Positions 39,201-49,656 are shown, counted from the first letter of the stretch. The stretch: DNA of 64,000 nt from Pavona decussata (GCA_977016875.1 CDRNST010000414.1:62001-126000); one strand, 5' to 3'. Translations and numbers: made by a program. The notes: generated from the letters alone by a model not told the origin.

Positions 39201-42200
39201 ATTGAAGGCAAAATCTTCACGCCAACGTTTCCGATCTTTCAAAGGATCCAAGAAACGCAGTGTAAACTCTTCTACGCGATTGGCCAGATCGATAAAATTA
39301 TCTTCATTAGGCTCCTTTTTGCTTGCCCGTTCATGGAGCTTTTCAGTCACCTGACAAAACACAACAGAACTATAGTAAGCCAAACCTTATATTACAGCAC
39401 TGTAACGACCAAATTTACTCGAGTGTTAAAATTTGAAATTGACTAATGCATTAAATGAGTCATCAGTTTACGAGCTACTATCTTAAAATTTTAACACCCT
39501 TTTAAAACGATCACTTATTCCATATTGCACTGGAAATCGTTGTATAACCTATGCATGAAGACTTAACTTACTTTGATCGCCAATAGTAGAGGGTTTTCTT
39601 CATCATTCATTAAGGCCTTGGCGGTCACTTTTCGTTGGATGTCGTCATATTCATCCCAATCCCAGGATACTTTGTCTAATAATGACCACTTTCTCCGGGT
39701 GGGGCGCTCTGGTGAATAAAATAGGACGATGACCAAAATTAAAGGTACGTTCGAGTTGCTACAGTGTACAAGTGCAGCCTGAGTCTCTCAAGGAAGGCCG
39801 CTTCCCCTTAGACGTTTACCAAAAGAGAACGCTTTCTGTTTTTATCCAATCACAGCGTTGCATGAGATGATGGTGCCGCATAGAAAGCGTCGCCTCGAGC
39901 CTTAAAGAGCAAACTGCAACTACGCTGCATTCATACAACTACATGTACAACACCATGCCCTTGTAAACTAGTCTCCTGTAAAGTAACAAGTGAGTATTCC
40001 CTGTCAACAAAATTCAGCTGCAGATTGAGATGCCTAAAAGTTACGCACAAACCAAAATCTGCTCGGTGCATTGCGTAATAGCTTAAAAAGTGGACCGTTG
40101 CAATAAGATTGCTAAAAACAGCTGCAATGTCCCGTGGAAGGCTTTACTCACATACCATTATCAGCAGCACCATTTTCTCCTTCAGCTACTTCGATAAGTT
40201 CAATGTTTTCCTGCGCTCTCCTATCAAATAATAAAAGCCTAAATTAAGTAAGTCAGCAGGCTATCTGCAAATGTATCTGCTAGCACCTTTAAAACAGATG
40301 ACTTGGGGTCCAACATGTTCTTCATAGCAGGTTTTTAATTTTTTTTTTTTTGTCTCACCACATACAAAATCTGCAAAACGAAAACTTTTGATCAGCGCGC
40401 TCATACACTAATACAACATACGCTAATACAACATCCGTGCCTCAATGCGGACCACAAAGCATATTATTTATTACAGTCAGTAAGTCAGATAGTCAGGTAA
40501 AATTTGAAAAAGGAAATGTCCGAATTCTCCCAACAGGAGAAAACTCAGATTTCTTTTTTCTGAGTTGATACAACATCCGCGCCTCAAAGCGGACCACAAA
40601 GCATACAGGCGCGTAGCTAAGGTTTCGATAGGGGTGTTCGTTGAGCCCCAAATGTTACTGAGCGCCGGAGGCGCTCTTACTAGGGGGGGTCCGGGGGCAT
40701 GCTCCCCCGAAAATTTTTGAAAATCTAGGTTCCCAGAAACCTCATTTCCTGCATTTTGAGACCCATTTTAGGCAAATCACAACTTTACATCATTTCGACG
40801 GCATAATTGTTTCTACTTAAACAAGAAAGTTCAATGTACATTCCGCACCCTGTCGACGTCAAGTTCTTATAGTTATTCGATCTGCTGATAGTCACACACT
40901 AAGCTAGTAAACTGCATCATTCTCGGGTGTAGGCCTTCGAACAAATTGACTATCTCGTCAAGATTGACAGGCATATCATATTTGATATGCATTAGAGCCA
41001 GGGCGGACAGCCTACTCTCTCCCAATCGTACACCTTATGTAGTTGTTCAACCTCCACATTGCGCTTATGGAACGTTCACATTCACAAGTGAATGTTCTCA
41101 GGCGAACTTGTACGTAATTGCGCGTGAAACTCAACAAGGCTTGAACTATAAAATTTGAAGTGAATCGCATTCAGAGAACAAAACGTAACGCAAAGCATGC
41201 TTTTCTATGGCTTTTTCGGGCGGATGCGGTTTTACCGCAAAAATTGAAACGTCATTAAAATTAATCTCCAAGGGTTCTTGACAATTTTTATTTTTACTGA
41301 GGATAAGACATAAGGCCTAAAGAACGGGTTTATATCTCTATTTTTCTTTGGTTGATGTATTTCGACCAGAGGAACTCTATTTAAAAAGTTTTTCTTCCGC
41401 CATTATTGATCTTCAAAGGGGGTTCGTTCGAACCCCTCGAACCCCCCCTCCTACGCGCCTGGCATATTATTTATTACAGTCAGTAAGTCAGATAGTCAGG
41501 TAAACTTGGAAAAAGGAAATGTCCGAGTTCTCCCAACAGGAGAAAACTCAGATTTCTTTTTTCTGAGTTTGCCTTATGTCACTGATTGAATAACACAACA
41601 TTTCCGCGTGTTTACCAAGCGTAATATATACCACTGATCACATTTATTCCATTGCGCATAATTATTATTAATTTTGTAACGTTTCTTATTGCTGTCTTCA
41701 GTCACACATTTTTTTTCCTGCTGTGCAAAAACTTACCGAATGTGGATTCTACTCAGCTTGTCTCTGAAACGTATCACTGAAGGTGGTTCACTAGTACTAG
41801 CATTTTTCAAAGGCAGACCATGATTCAGGATTGATGGGGCCAGAATTGAGCTATGTATTATTTCACTGCCAGAGCTATATAGGCATGATACTGCACCCAA
41901 GTACAATGTATTAAAGATTGAATAAACGCAGCCTATGTTACCTGTATAACCTGTAGCTCTAATCGCACCAAATTATCTCCAATTTACAAATAAGTCTTAG
42001 TTAAAACCCTCTCACCTATCACTTTCTCGGTTAGGTTCGTGTGCTCTTGCTCCCTCAATGGATTCTGGTGAGAAAAATAGTTGTGGTGAAATGTCAAGCT
42101 GCTTATTGGAAAGTTAACTGAGAAAAGTAAAAACGGTCGATGCTATCTATCCTTTGTAATACTAGAAACTTGAATAGCTCGTGATTTTCTTGCTTACTAC

Positions 42201-45150
42201 TTTTACCTATTTAACGGGTCCTTTGGGCCAGAGATATAATTTTTGGTATTCCCTTCAAGTCTAATATTTAACAATTAGATTATTCGCTCTCGATTTCTAT
42301 CGCGTGATAGTTGATGAGGGCGAAGCCCGAATCAACTATCACGCATAGAAATCGAGAGCGAATAATCTAATTGTTTTAGTATAAATCTACTAGTCGTTCA
42401 AAACTAAACAAGTAAATTATCTATTTCCCCATCGCAGACGCTTCGAAAACGCGAAGAAGCGGGCGCCATTTTGTTGAAAATCGCTACTCACTATCTATCA
42501 CAGAATAGATAGCGAGTAGCGTAGCCAATCAGAGAACGGCATTCGTGATAGAACACTAGTAGATTTATACTAACAACTATTAGAAACCAAAATGCTAGCA
42601 GAGCCAGAAGCCCTATACCGTAGTCGTTCTTAAGATATACGGGGACCACACAGTTGAGGATCTTAACTGCAGTTTCCATCAATAGCATATGCATATACAG
42701 CAGCTTGGAGTATTCCTACTACCCCCTGGATGGCGAGCTTATTAAGCTTATTAAGCTTATTAGTCCATTGCAGTGTTACCGCCAGCAATTTGTCACTGAT
42801 GCCCACTGATACTGATACATCTGTGTAGAAGACTTTAATACATGTACGTGTACAAGTGTATATCGACAAAATAATTGTCATGTCTAAGGAGACAACACAC
42901 CAATGCAGAGACCAACCTTAGACCCTCAAGCGATCAAAAACCTTAATCTTCCAACTGAAAGCCCTGTGTGAAGTCTGACACAATAACCACCACAACACTA
43001 CTCCTCCAATAAAGACAAATACACATACAGTAGATCAAATCTAGCACAGGCTGGTTGAATGGTGTTATATATATTTGCAAGAGCTCTCAACTGTGGATTG
43101 CTTGGGAAAGTAATTTGAACATTTGCTAGAATGAGTTTATATTTCCTTTATACAATGCATCAGTAATCTGCTCATTAATTAAACTGTCAACACTCAAAAT
43201 TTATTAACATTTTCCTGTCTGTCCTTTTCCATTTTGCCTCTTTCTCTCCTTAATTATTAGTATTAAATACTAACGACTGCTTCTTATAAACCTCATCCTA
43301 CTTTATAACTTATCTACTTATATTATTTGATGCCTTTCATTTCCCTTTTTTCTTTCCTCCCTTCCATTTATCATTCAGTTCATGCACATACCGCTGTTTT
43401 GTTCACCTTCAATTGATACAGCAAGATATCCTTGATGTCCTTTACCTTCTGCAACAGCATGTCTTCCTATACACACAGTAAAACAGCAAATTACTTAGCC
43501 ATCTAAAGGATCACTTGTTTAGACTTCCTATTATAGCTTTTATCAGTGTGGTTCAGCTCAACTTGAAACAAACCACGTGTCCAACAGGCCAGTGAGAGTG
43601 GAATCTTGTCAATAGAACAGCAATGCTTAACCCTCTAACCCCTAATATCAAAGAACAAATCCTCCTATCTTGTCCCCATACTTTTCTCATAAAAATACTG
43701 GGGAGAAGTTATTAAAATATCAAGAAAATTCACCTTGGGGCTGATCATATCCTTAATTCTCACAACCTAAGGGTTGAATAAGCATTGATATTACAAGGCA
43801 AAATTTGATGCTGATCACACTTTAAAAGGGTTAATTAAAGGAGACAAGGCTGTAGACTAGGTTCAAGTCAAACAAAATATTTTTGTGGAACCTGTGGGTG
43901 GGAAGGGGGATTGCCAGAGCAACATTAACACATGATTGGAGAAAAATTCAAACTACATTACTGGACTAAAATGCTGCCTGCATCATGCACAAATGGAAAC
44001 AATTCACTTACAAGCTGCACACTGAACGATTGCTGACAGCACATTGTACTTAATTGGGCTGGGAAAATTTGCAGACTGAAGATTGTAGATGTAAATTTGG
44101 AGTAAAATACAGACTCTAGACTGTAGACTCTGCAGATTGAACACTGACGACTGGGGAGGGAGGGGTGGATAATATATAGACTGCAAACTAACATGGAGAT
44201 TGAAGTCTGCAGACTAAGTATAAAAGTATGGACTGATTTCCTGCTTAATTACAGACTGCTAGCACACTCTAAACTGTAGACTGGAAGTAAAATGCAGACT
44301 GCAGGCAGTACAATTTTGGGTAGAGACAAGCAAAATTCAGATTGCATCCCACAGATGACTTGGAAAGGGGGGGGGGGGGGGGGGGGGAATGACCATGGTC
44401 CACAAACTAAAGCTTACTTGAGATCAATATGGACATTATGGGGATGTTTAGCCTAGGAGGTACCATCAGTAATATTTTAAGGCTTACCAGTAGGCCTGCA
44501 TGCATTCAAATTATTAAGCCTAATAATCTAGTAATCGATAAATTAACATTGTGCATGTGCCATGTGAATACATTCACATGCACATTATATAATGAAACTA
44601 TTATTACAGACTTCAATTGCCCTGTGTTTAATCACGCACTCACAATAACCAGACAACAAGAGGTTTGGGCAATAAGTTCATTAAGTCAGGTTTTACTGCT
44701 GTAAAATGAGTAGCAAATGACGTCATAGCTGAATCAATAGACTCCCATGGGAGCGAGGGTCGGGTTGAGTCATGTGTTTGCCCTATGAAATAAGCTTATG
44801 ACTGACCGATCAACAAAGCTCACGTTCCGATAAGCTTAGTGACGTCATATGACATGCGCCTAATTAGCAAAAACCGCTAAATGTAATTAGTTCCCATTTA
44901 TTATAGAGGATCTGTTGCAGTTTGTTTAGTTCTAGTCACTGCCACTGTGACTAAGGGCTTTGTTTATCCTTTGTCATTTATTTATTTTCTGCATAGTGTG
45001 AATGGCTTTGAATGTGAATGGCTTTGAATCTTTTACATCACTGTTTTTCCTTTTATTTCCTTACAGGGGAAACTTGAATTCACGCCAATCCAGGCATTTA
45101 ACTTAGATGTATTATTTGACAAATTTACCTGTACTGAAATCGTTTTCCAT
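17778..45150 (-). CDS. Group-1 TRP cation channel (TRPC-like core, no ankyrin repeats) fused to a C-terminal SPRY domain and coiled-coil tail; 20 coding exons, about 1010 aa
   Basis: Exons in transcript order: 45129-45150, 43446-43466, 42016-42064, 41737-41874, 40156-40220, 39572-39708, 39150-39350, 37817-37979, 36348-36392, 35949-35990, 35167-35422, 34090-34443, 31406-31598, 29849-30025, 26909-26990, 26353-26474, 24173-24283, 22280-22448, 19682-19896, 17778-18248. All are GT-AG and phase-consistent, total 3033 nt, with no internal stop seen. TRP motifs: [57 protein letters not shown]. Confidence 0.88.
19682..19896 (-). CDS. TRP-SPRY exon: SPRY C-terminal half
   Basis: [31 protein letters not shown]; GT-AG boundaries. 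Confidence 0.88.
20125..21203 (+). mobile_element. Helentron/DINE-1-like non-autonomous element (second family)
   Basis: 5' subTIR AGCGGAGCTCC plus a partial inverted repeat, a CGAC/CGTA microsatellite at about 20235-20275, 3' subTIR GGAGCTCCGCT and a short stem-loop. Confidence 0.6.
21795..21990. repeat. Hairpin / inverted-repeat element
   Basis: aatagattccattttgccgtgggtctgtactctgataacgca pairs with tgcgttatcagagtacagacgcacggcaaaatgaaatctatt. Confidence 0.75.
22059..22156. repeat. (GGTAT/GGCAT)n pentanucleotide microsatellite
   Basis: Direct reading. Confidence 0.95.
22280..22448 (-). CDS. TRP-SPRY exon: SPRY core
   Basis: [32 protein letters not shown]. Confidence 0.88.
23015..23292. mobile_element. 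Harbinger-like MITE
   Basis: Ends ggcgctgttac / gtaacagcagc, with an internal inverted pair atgtaacatgccctgaaat / atttcagggcatgttacat. Confidence 0.6.
24173..24283 (-). CDS. TRP-SPRY exon: SPRY start
   Basis: [33 protein letters not shown]; phase 0-0. Confidence 0.82.
24637..26033. mobile_element. 1.4-kb non-autonomous DNA transposon with long TIRs (TA flanks)
   Basis: TA|caccgtattcacaaatggcgga ... tccgccatttgtgaatacggtg|TA; imperfect inverted similarity extends about 300 bp. Confidence 0.8.
26353..26474 (-). CDS. TRP-SPRY exon: linker helix
   Basis: [22 protein letters not shown]...LLPTGSK. Confidence 0.8.
26909..26990 (-). CDS. TRP-SPRY exon: rib-helix-like segment
   Basis: [27 protein letters not shown]. 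Confidence 0.78.
28348..28700. repeat. Inverted-repeat / hairpin dispersed element
   Basis: ttattacacccattttgaaa / tttcaaaatgggtgtaataa, followed by an imperfect hairpin ggtaattgaact...agttcaattacc. Confidence 0.65.
29509..29665. repeat. Hairpin dispersed element
   Basis: atatcaaacac..gtgtttcatcagatatccaaacacc pairs with ggtgtttggttatctgatgaaacac..gtgtttgatat. Confidence 0.7.
29849..30025 (-). CDS. TRP-SPRY exon: TRP box region
   Basis: [12 protein letters not shown]...[10 protein letters not shown]. Confidence 0.92.
31406..31598 (-). CDS. TRP-SPRY exon: pore helix and S6
   Basis: [15 protein letters not shown]...[20 protein letters not shown]. Confidence 0.92.
33555..33767. repeat. GA-rich polypurine low-complexity tract
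   Basis: About 200 nt almost purely A/G on the + strand. Confidence 0.9.
34090..34443 (-). CDS. TRP-SPRY exon: S3-S5
   Basis: DRWNYFDFG...[13 protein letters not shown]...VGTIQIALF... Confidence 0.92.
35167..35422 (-). CDS. TRP-SPRY exon: S1-S2
   Basis: [20 protein letters not shown]...[19 protein letters not shown]. Confidence 0.9.
35949..35990 (-). CDS. TRP-SPRY 42-nt microexon (phase 1-1)
   Basis: Pyrimidine tract ending aaag|; [14 protein letters not shown]; donor |GTGAGT. Confidence 0.6.
36348..36392 (-). CDS. TRP-SPRY 45-nt microexon (phase 1-1)
   Basis: tgtgcag|; [15 protein letters not shown]; donor |GTAAGT. Confidence 0.68.
36422..37090 (+). mobile_element. 5'-truncated CR1/L2-group LINE (RT C-terminus, ORF 36448-36954, 3'UTR)
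   Basis: [52 protein letters not shown]; tail aataaacttaaacttaaaaaaa. Confidence 0.88.
37386..37645. mobile_element. IS630/Tc1-like fold-back MITE
   Basis: TA|cagctgtttcgacaaaggttgtcc ... ggacaacctttgtcgaaacagcta|TA with arms of about 110 bp. The loop encodes [15 protein letters not shown], like a transposase start. Confidence 0.75.
37817..37979 (-). CDS. TRP-SPRY exon: pre-S1
   Basis: [17 protein letters not shown]...[18 protein letters not shown]. Confidence 0.88.
38749..39106. mobile_element. Harbinger-like MITE
   Basis: agggagttttagcaacgcgacggcga ... tcgccgtcgttgttgctaaatttccct. Confidence 0.75.
39150..39350 (-). CDS. TRP-SPRY exon: helical linker domain
   Basis: VTEKL...[14 protein letters not shown]...[11 protein letters not shown]. 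Confidence 0.88.
39572..39708 (-). CDS. TRP-SPRY exon
   Basis: ERPTRRKW...[12 protein letters not shown]. Confidence 0.82.
40156..40220 (-). CDS. TRP-SPRY N-terminal exon
   Basis: [22 protein letters not shown]; phase 2-1. Confidence 0.7.
40426..41570 (+). repeat. Tandem duplication of about 140 bp (second copy split by the hAT-like element)
   Basis: 40426-40566 matches 40568-40605 plus 41467-41570. Confidence 0.85.
40606..41461. mobile_element. hAT-like non-autonomous element with a 5-bp TSD (hAT5-type)
   Basis: GCATA|CAGGCGCGTAG ... CTACGCGCCTG|GCATA. The empty site is visible in the tandem duplicate at about 40459. Confidence 0.78.
41737..41874 (-). CDS. TRP-SPRY N-terminal exon
   Basis: [10 protein letters not shown]...RDKLSRIHI; phase 2-2. 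Confidence 0.68.
42016..42064 (-). CDS. TRP-SPRY N-terminal 49-nt exon
   Basis: [16 protein letters not shown]; phase 1-2. Confidence 0.62.
42263..42575. repeat. Dispersed element with a near-perfect hairpin of about 50-bp arms
   Basis: aacaattagattattcgctctcgatttctat..gtgatagttgat / atcaactatcac..atagaaatcgagagcgaataatctaattgtt. Confidence 0.75.
43446..43466 (-). CDS. TRP-SPRY 21-nt microexon (phase 1-1)
   Basis: tatag|GAAGACATGCTGTTGCAGAAG|gtaaa. Confidence 0.5.
43631..43830. mobile_element. Short piggyBac-like MITE
   Basis: TTAA|ccct ... aggg|TTAA. Confidence 0.55.
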
Positions 45151-45191
45151 CTTCAGTTTAAGGTACTTCAAGGGAGTAACTGTTTTTCCAT
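45129..45191 (-). CDS. TRP-SPRY first coding exon (ATG at 45150, MENDFST)
   Basis: Strong acceptor tttttttcctttcag| and donor CAG|GTAAAT. Confidence 0.62.
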
Positions 45192-46092
45192 CTGAAAGGA
45201 AAAAAAATTGCTCATTTGCATGTAACAAGAATTGCACACATCAGTTAATGGATGCACTGGTGTTTGTTTAACGTTTCATGGATACACCCTTACGATTGTA
45301 CACTGTTTTAGTGAATTAGATTGAGAGAATATATCTATGTCACAATACAAAACTAATACAACTATTTTTATTAATTTACCATACACTTGAAGAAACTAAA
45401 AAGAGGTTATAGGGCAACTTGAGAAGTATCCAATGACAAACATGTAGCATTGTCCAAGGCAGCTGATAGAGCATTCCATAGACTAGACTTAGTGTTGCTG
45501 CAAAACTACAATGAATGATAACCAAGGATAATATCATGGAATACCTATTTGTACTGGATGGTACGAATTAAGGATCAAGTGGTACTCATATCATCCCAAG
45601 TTCGATTATATGCATGGTCTGCATAATCTACAGTCTGCTAATGCATTTATTTTACATTGACTGCTCTAGCACCTTCCTTTGTCGGGTCCACACATCAGGG
45701 CTTGGATTTCGAAGTTCACTTCTAAAAGTGCTTTCCACTGGTTTATTATTTTACGGTGACAAGTGACAACAAACTTTACCAATAACAAATGGAAATCAAT
45801 ACAACTTGCGCGACTAGAATGCGAAATTTTAATCTGCCGGAAACTACATGTGTTAATCGGAAGAAGTAATCAGGCCGATTAGATTTCAAATACGTATCAA
45901 AAAGCAAAATTTCAAGAAAATTCCGTCAAATGTTATTCTAACTTTAAAGCACGTACACAGCTGTATTGACACAACGTGATACACATCGGTAAGTATACTC
46001 AAAGTGATTGAGCACAAATTATTACGGTTGCCATTGAAAGCCTTTAGTTAGGCTCTTAGTGAATGTTACATGTTTTTCAAAGAAAGTCTTAC

Positions 46093-46170
46093 CCGTTCAG
46101 TTCAGCAGAGATTAAAAAGAACAAACCTCAACAACAGTCACGCAAAGGCCGCCATTGCATACACTGGGGT
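46093..46170 (-). other. Probable non-coding first exon of the TRP-SPRY gene
   Basis: Donor CGG|GTAAGA; YY1-like AATGGCGG near the 5' end; an in-frame TGA precedes the main ATG. Confidence 0.45.
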
Positions 46171-46739
46171 CCAGACTGTCTCGGAGCTTAATGAAAAGCA
46201 TCAGTCGTAATGACTGGAATCGTGGATGGACCACCTAGAAACTTGGATTCCAGAAAAACACCTTCTGGAGGGCGCAGCTGTGACGAAAAAATACAGCAAT
46301 TTCCTTGCTAGGACTAATGCTGATAGGGGATTTTACGGGTTTATTTGGCACTATGGCAAAAACTGCAGAGTTAATTGTCTGATCCATAATTTATGCTAGG
46401 GTTACTCTGGCAATGGGTTCAAAAGTATATGTACAGACATAATACTGTCAAAACAGAAATAATCTTGGCGTCAAATACTTGACAAACTGCACTGAAATTA
46501 AATTTACTTGTGTCCGCCACTACATACTGTAGGGGTATTCTACTTCCTTGGAAACAGGCCCAAAATCAGCCCAAGAAGACCACAAATAGCAATAAATACA
46601 ACACAACAAGGAGTTAAGTAACTTTTTTTTATTCCAAATGTATACGCGTTTCTAGCATTTTAATTATAATTATTTGCTTTATTCCCACGTAAACTCTTAT
46701 ATTTGAACAAGAAGTCTAATTAGAAGCTTATTTCGCTGC

Positions 46740-47280
46740 TCTCAGCATGCGCTTGCAATGCCTGTGATGTAACGAGCTTGATTATTATTGTGATTTATTC
46801 CGTCTGCTCTCAAAAAAAATTAATAATAAAAACGTCGTCCATTGAATACCTGTCCATTCAGAGACGCGACAACAAAACATTTAAACCTTGAATTACGAAA
46901 GTTTAAATTTGCCTTGAGATATATTGCTAATTCACGACAGAGACCACTCAGTCACATACTTTGCTGAAAGATCATCAAGTGTTTCACAATTATATTTGCT
47001 GTATTTCCATGCAAACGTGTATATTTAAAAAGTCCAATTAGATGCTTTAAAAAAGATCTCGGCATGCGCTTGCAGTGGCAGTGATGCAGCGAGCTTGATT
47101 ACTATTGCAATAAATTCCCTCTGCTCTCAAAATAAATTAATAATGAGAATGTTGTCTTTCCAGTGACACAATAAAAGTTTAATTAAAACATTGAATTGTA
47201 ATGTTAAGGGTTGCCTTGAAAATGCTAATTTACAACAGAAGCCACTCACATTTTCCTGTAAGATCATCAAGCGCTTCGCG
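46740..47280 (+). repeat. Diverged direct duplication in the divergent intergenic region
   Basis: 46740-46985 is similar to 47058-47277 (ctcRgcatgcgcttgca...aagatcatcaag). Confidence 0.8.
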
Positions 47281-49656
47281 CAGCTTAAGGTAGGATACTC
47301 TTGTTAATTAAGTTGTAGGATCTTTTTTAAATTACTTGTTTTATAAGTCTCAGTTTTTTGTTTGCTCGGTTTCTTTTCTTTTTTCTTTGTACTTTTTTTT
47401 TAATGCATCGGTTAATCACCAGAAACATCACTGTTTTTTCTTAAACTCTGACCGTGTTGCTGCGAAAGCAAAGAGAACGGGTTCTGAGCAATTTGTTGGA
47501 AAATGACCAAAATCCTTGCTATATAGGGGTTTGGGGCTTATAATTAATTGGTAACCTTCTGAGAAGTTGACAGAACTAATAAGAGGAAAAGTGGACAGAA
47601 CGGCGAAAGTTTTACTATTATGCCATCTGGCAGCATATAACAAGCTGTTAACAGAGACTTGCTGTTCTCGGCGTCTCCGTCGTCATTTTTGCGTGCAACT
47701 TTATGTCGCGTAATGACACCTGTTCGTTAGTTTGAGCTCATGGACTAAGATCTAGATATTTCTAAGGGATATTTCTCTATCGGGGTTCGGTTCCATGCAT
47801 TTTACTGTAACTGCTTTATACAGGGGTTAGTTATACCGGCTGCCATTCTTTGTACTAAGGCTGTATTCGTTAAATGCAAAGCTAGACATCTGATACCATC
47901 GCTATTCAATTTGTTTAATTACAAAAGAGAAGAAGCATGTGTCACTTTTACCAACTAAACTTTTCTTCAAGTTCAGGCGAACCGAAGGGAGGTGGTGTTT
48001 GGAAAACTAATTAGGGCACGAGAACACGACAGCAGATGAATTACTATTTAAACAGGAACAATATAAGGAACGGTTGCAAATAAAACTTCATGCTCGGAGG
48101 AATACAGCACGAAAAATGAAAGTCCTTGGTGAGCTGTACCCTTAAGATATTTTTAAAATGGAATATTCAGTCAGCACAATACGAGGTCGCCACGGTAGTT
48201 AACAGGTACGACTGAGAACCCGCAATGTCTCGAACTTCCTGTATTTATCCAATTAATTAACCACCCTGGGGCCCGTTTCTCGAAAGTCCGGGTAACTTAC
48301 TGGGCCCAATAAGTGTTTCTTAATAGAAGTCAATTTCTGTTAGCTTTGAATACTAAATTTTAAAATCTTACAATTCTATGAAAACATTGGCCAAGTACCA
48401 AGTCTGTAATCACTGTGTAATCGGCGAAAAACATTTAAAAATATATTCATCGGGCTCGGTAAGTTACAGGGACCTTCGAGAAATGGGCCAATGGGCGCTT
48501 ACTTAATTTTAGACCCATGAGGGTGGGGCGCTTGTTCGAGGATGGGCGCTTATTATTTTCCCAACATTTTCAGCAAGAGAGAACATTTTTAGGGAATAAA
48601 AAAACAAGGGATAAGAAGTTTATTTCGCTTCAACAAATGCGGTAACTTTTTTGTTTTAAATTTTGTGTAGTCTCACTGCAAAATTAAACGAATAATAATA
48701 ATGATGTCCGATAGACTATCATTGTAATTTTAAAACGAAAATGTCAATGAGCCATCGCTCCACAAGACTTGCACAACTTCCGTTCAAGGGAAATATTCTC
48801 GCAACTTAGGGTAAAGTTTTTCAATATTACGTGGTAATAAGACTTGATCATCAGTTTGAAAATAGGGCAAACTTGGTTTAAAAATTTTCCATGCAATAAA
48901 AACAAGTGTTTTGACGGAGATCCTGCTAATTTTTGTCACGATGTATATATTAATTTTGATATTCTGGAGAACGAAAGGAATGGAAAATAACTGCTTCCAT
49001 TTTTAGTTGCAATTGGCGGAGAATCCGTCCGACCCGTTTTAGTCGCCTACCTCATTTTCTCAATTTTCCCAACAAGTTTGGGCTTCTTTATAAATGCACG
49101 GCTGTCACAAATGTTAAACCTTCTTATTCAGCCATGTTTTCTTCATTCATATGATAGCCAGATATGTTCGTGTTCTCTTTCAGTTGTTTGGTGACACGCG
49201 AAATAACCTTTACCCAGTCTGTTATTTGACCTCCCTTTCAGGAGTTTTCCTGCAGACACATCGTCCAACACACACAATCATTCTAAAAATTAACACTTAT
49301 CATTAAGAGAAAGTCCACATAAAGTAAAAAAAGAAGGCCTTCCAGTGGTATTCGTAGGCTTTTACCCTTAGGACTTTTATTCTTAAGTCTACCCTTAAAC
49401 GACGAAAAAGTGATATGCTATAATATTCTTCCAATTATAAGAAGTGGAAGTAATTTTGGGCATGGGTTCACAGTTCGTTAGCTGACAAATGATTCAAATT
49501 TCTTTTCATTAATCATGTTTTCATCCAAAATTATGCGTTTTTCCAAGCTTCAGAGAATTTTTATGACGTCGCAAGCTTATCTTTATAGGGAAGTTCAATT
49601 AAAAGCCCCCATTCCCAGATTAACAATAACAGGCAGTTTTCTATGAAACGGCTATG

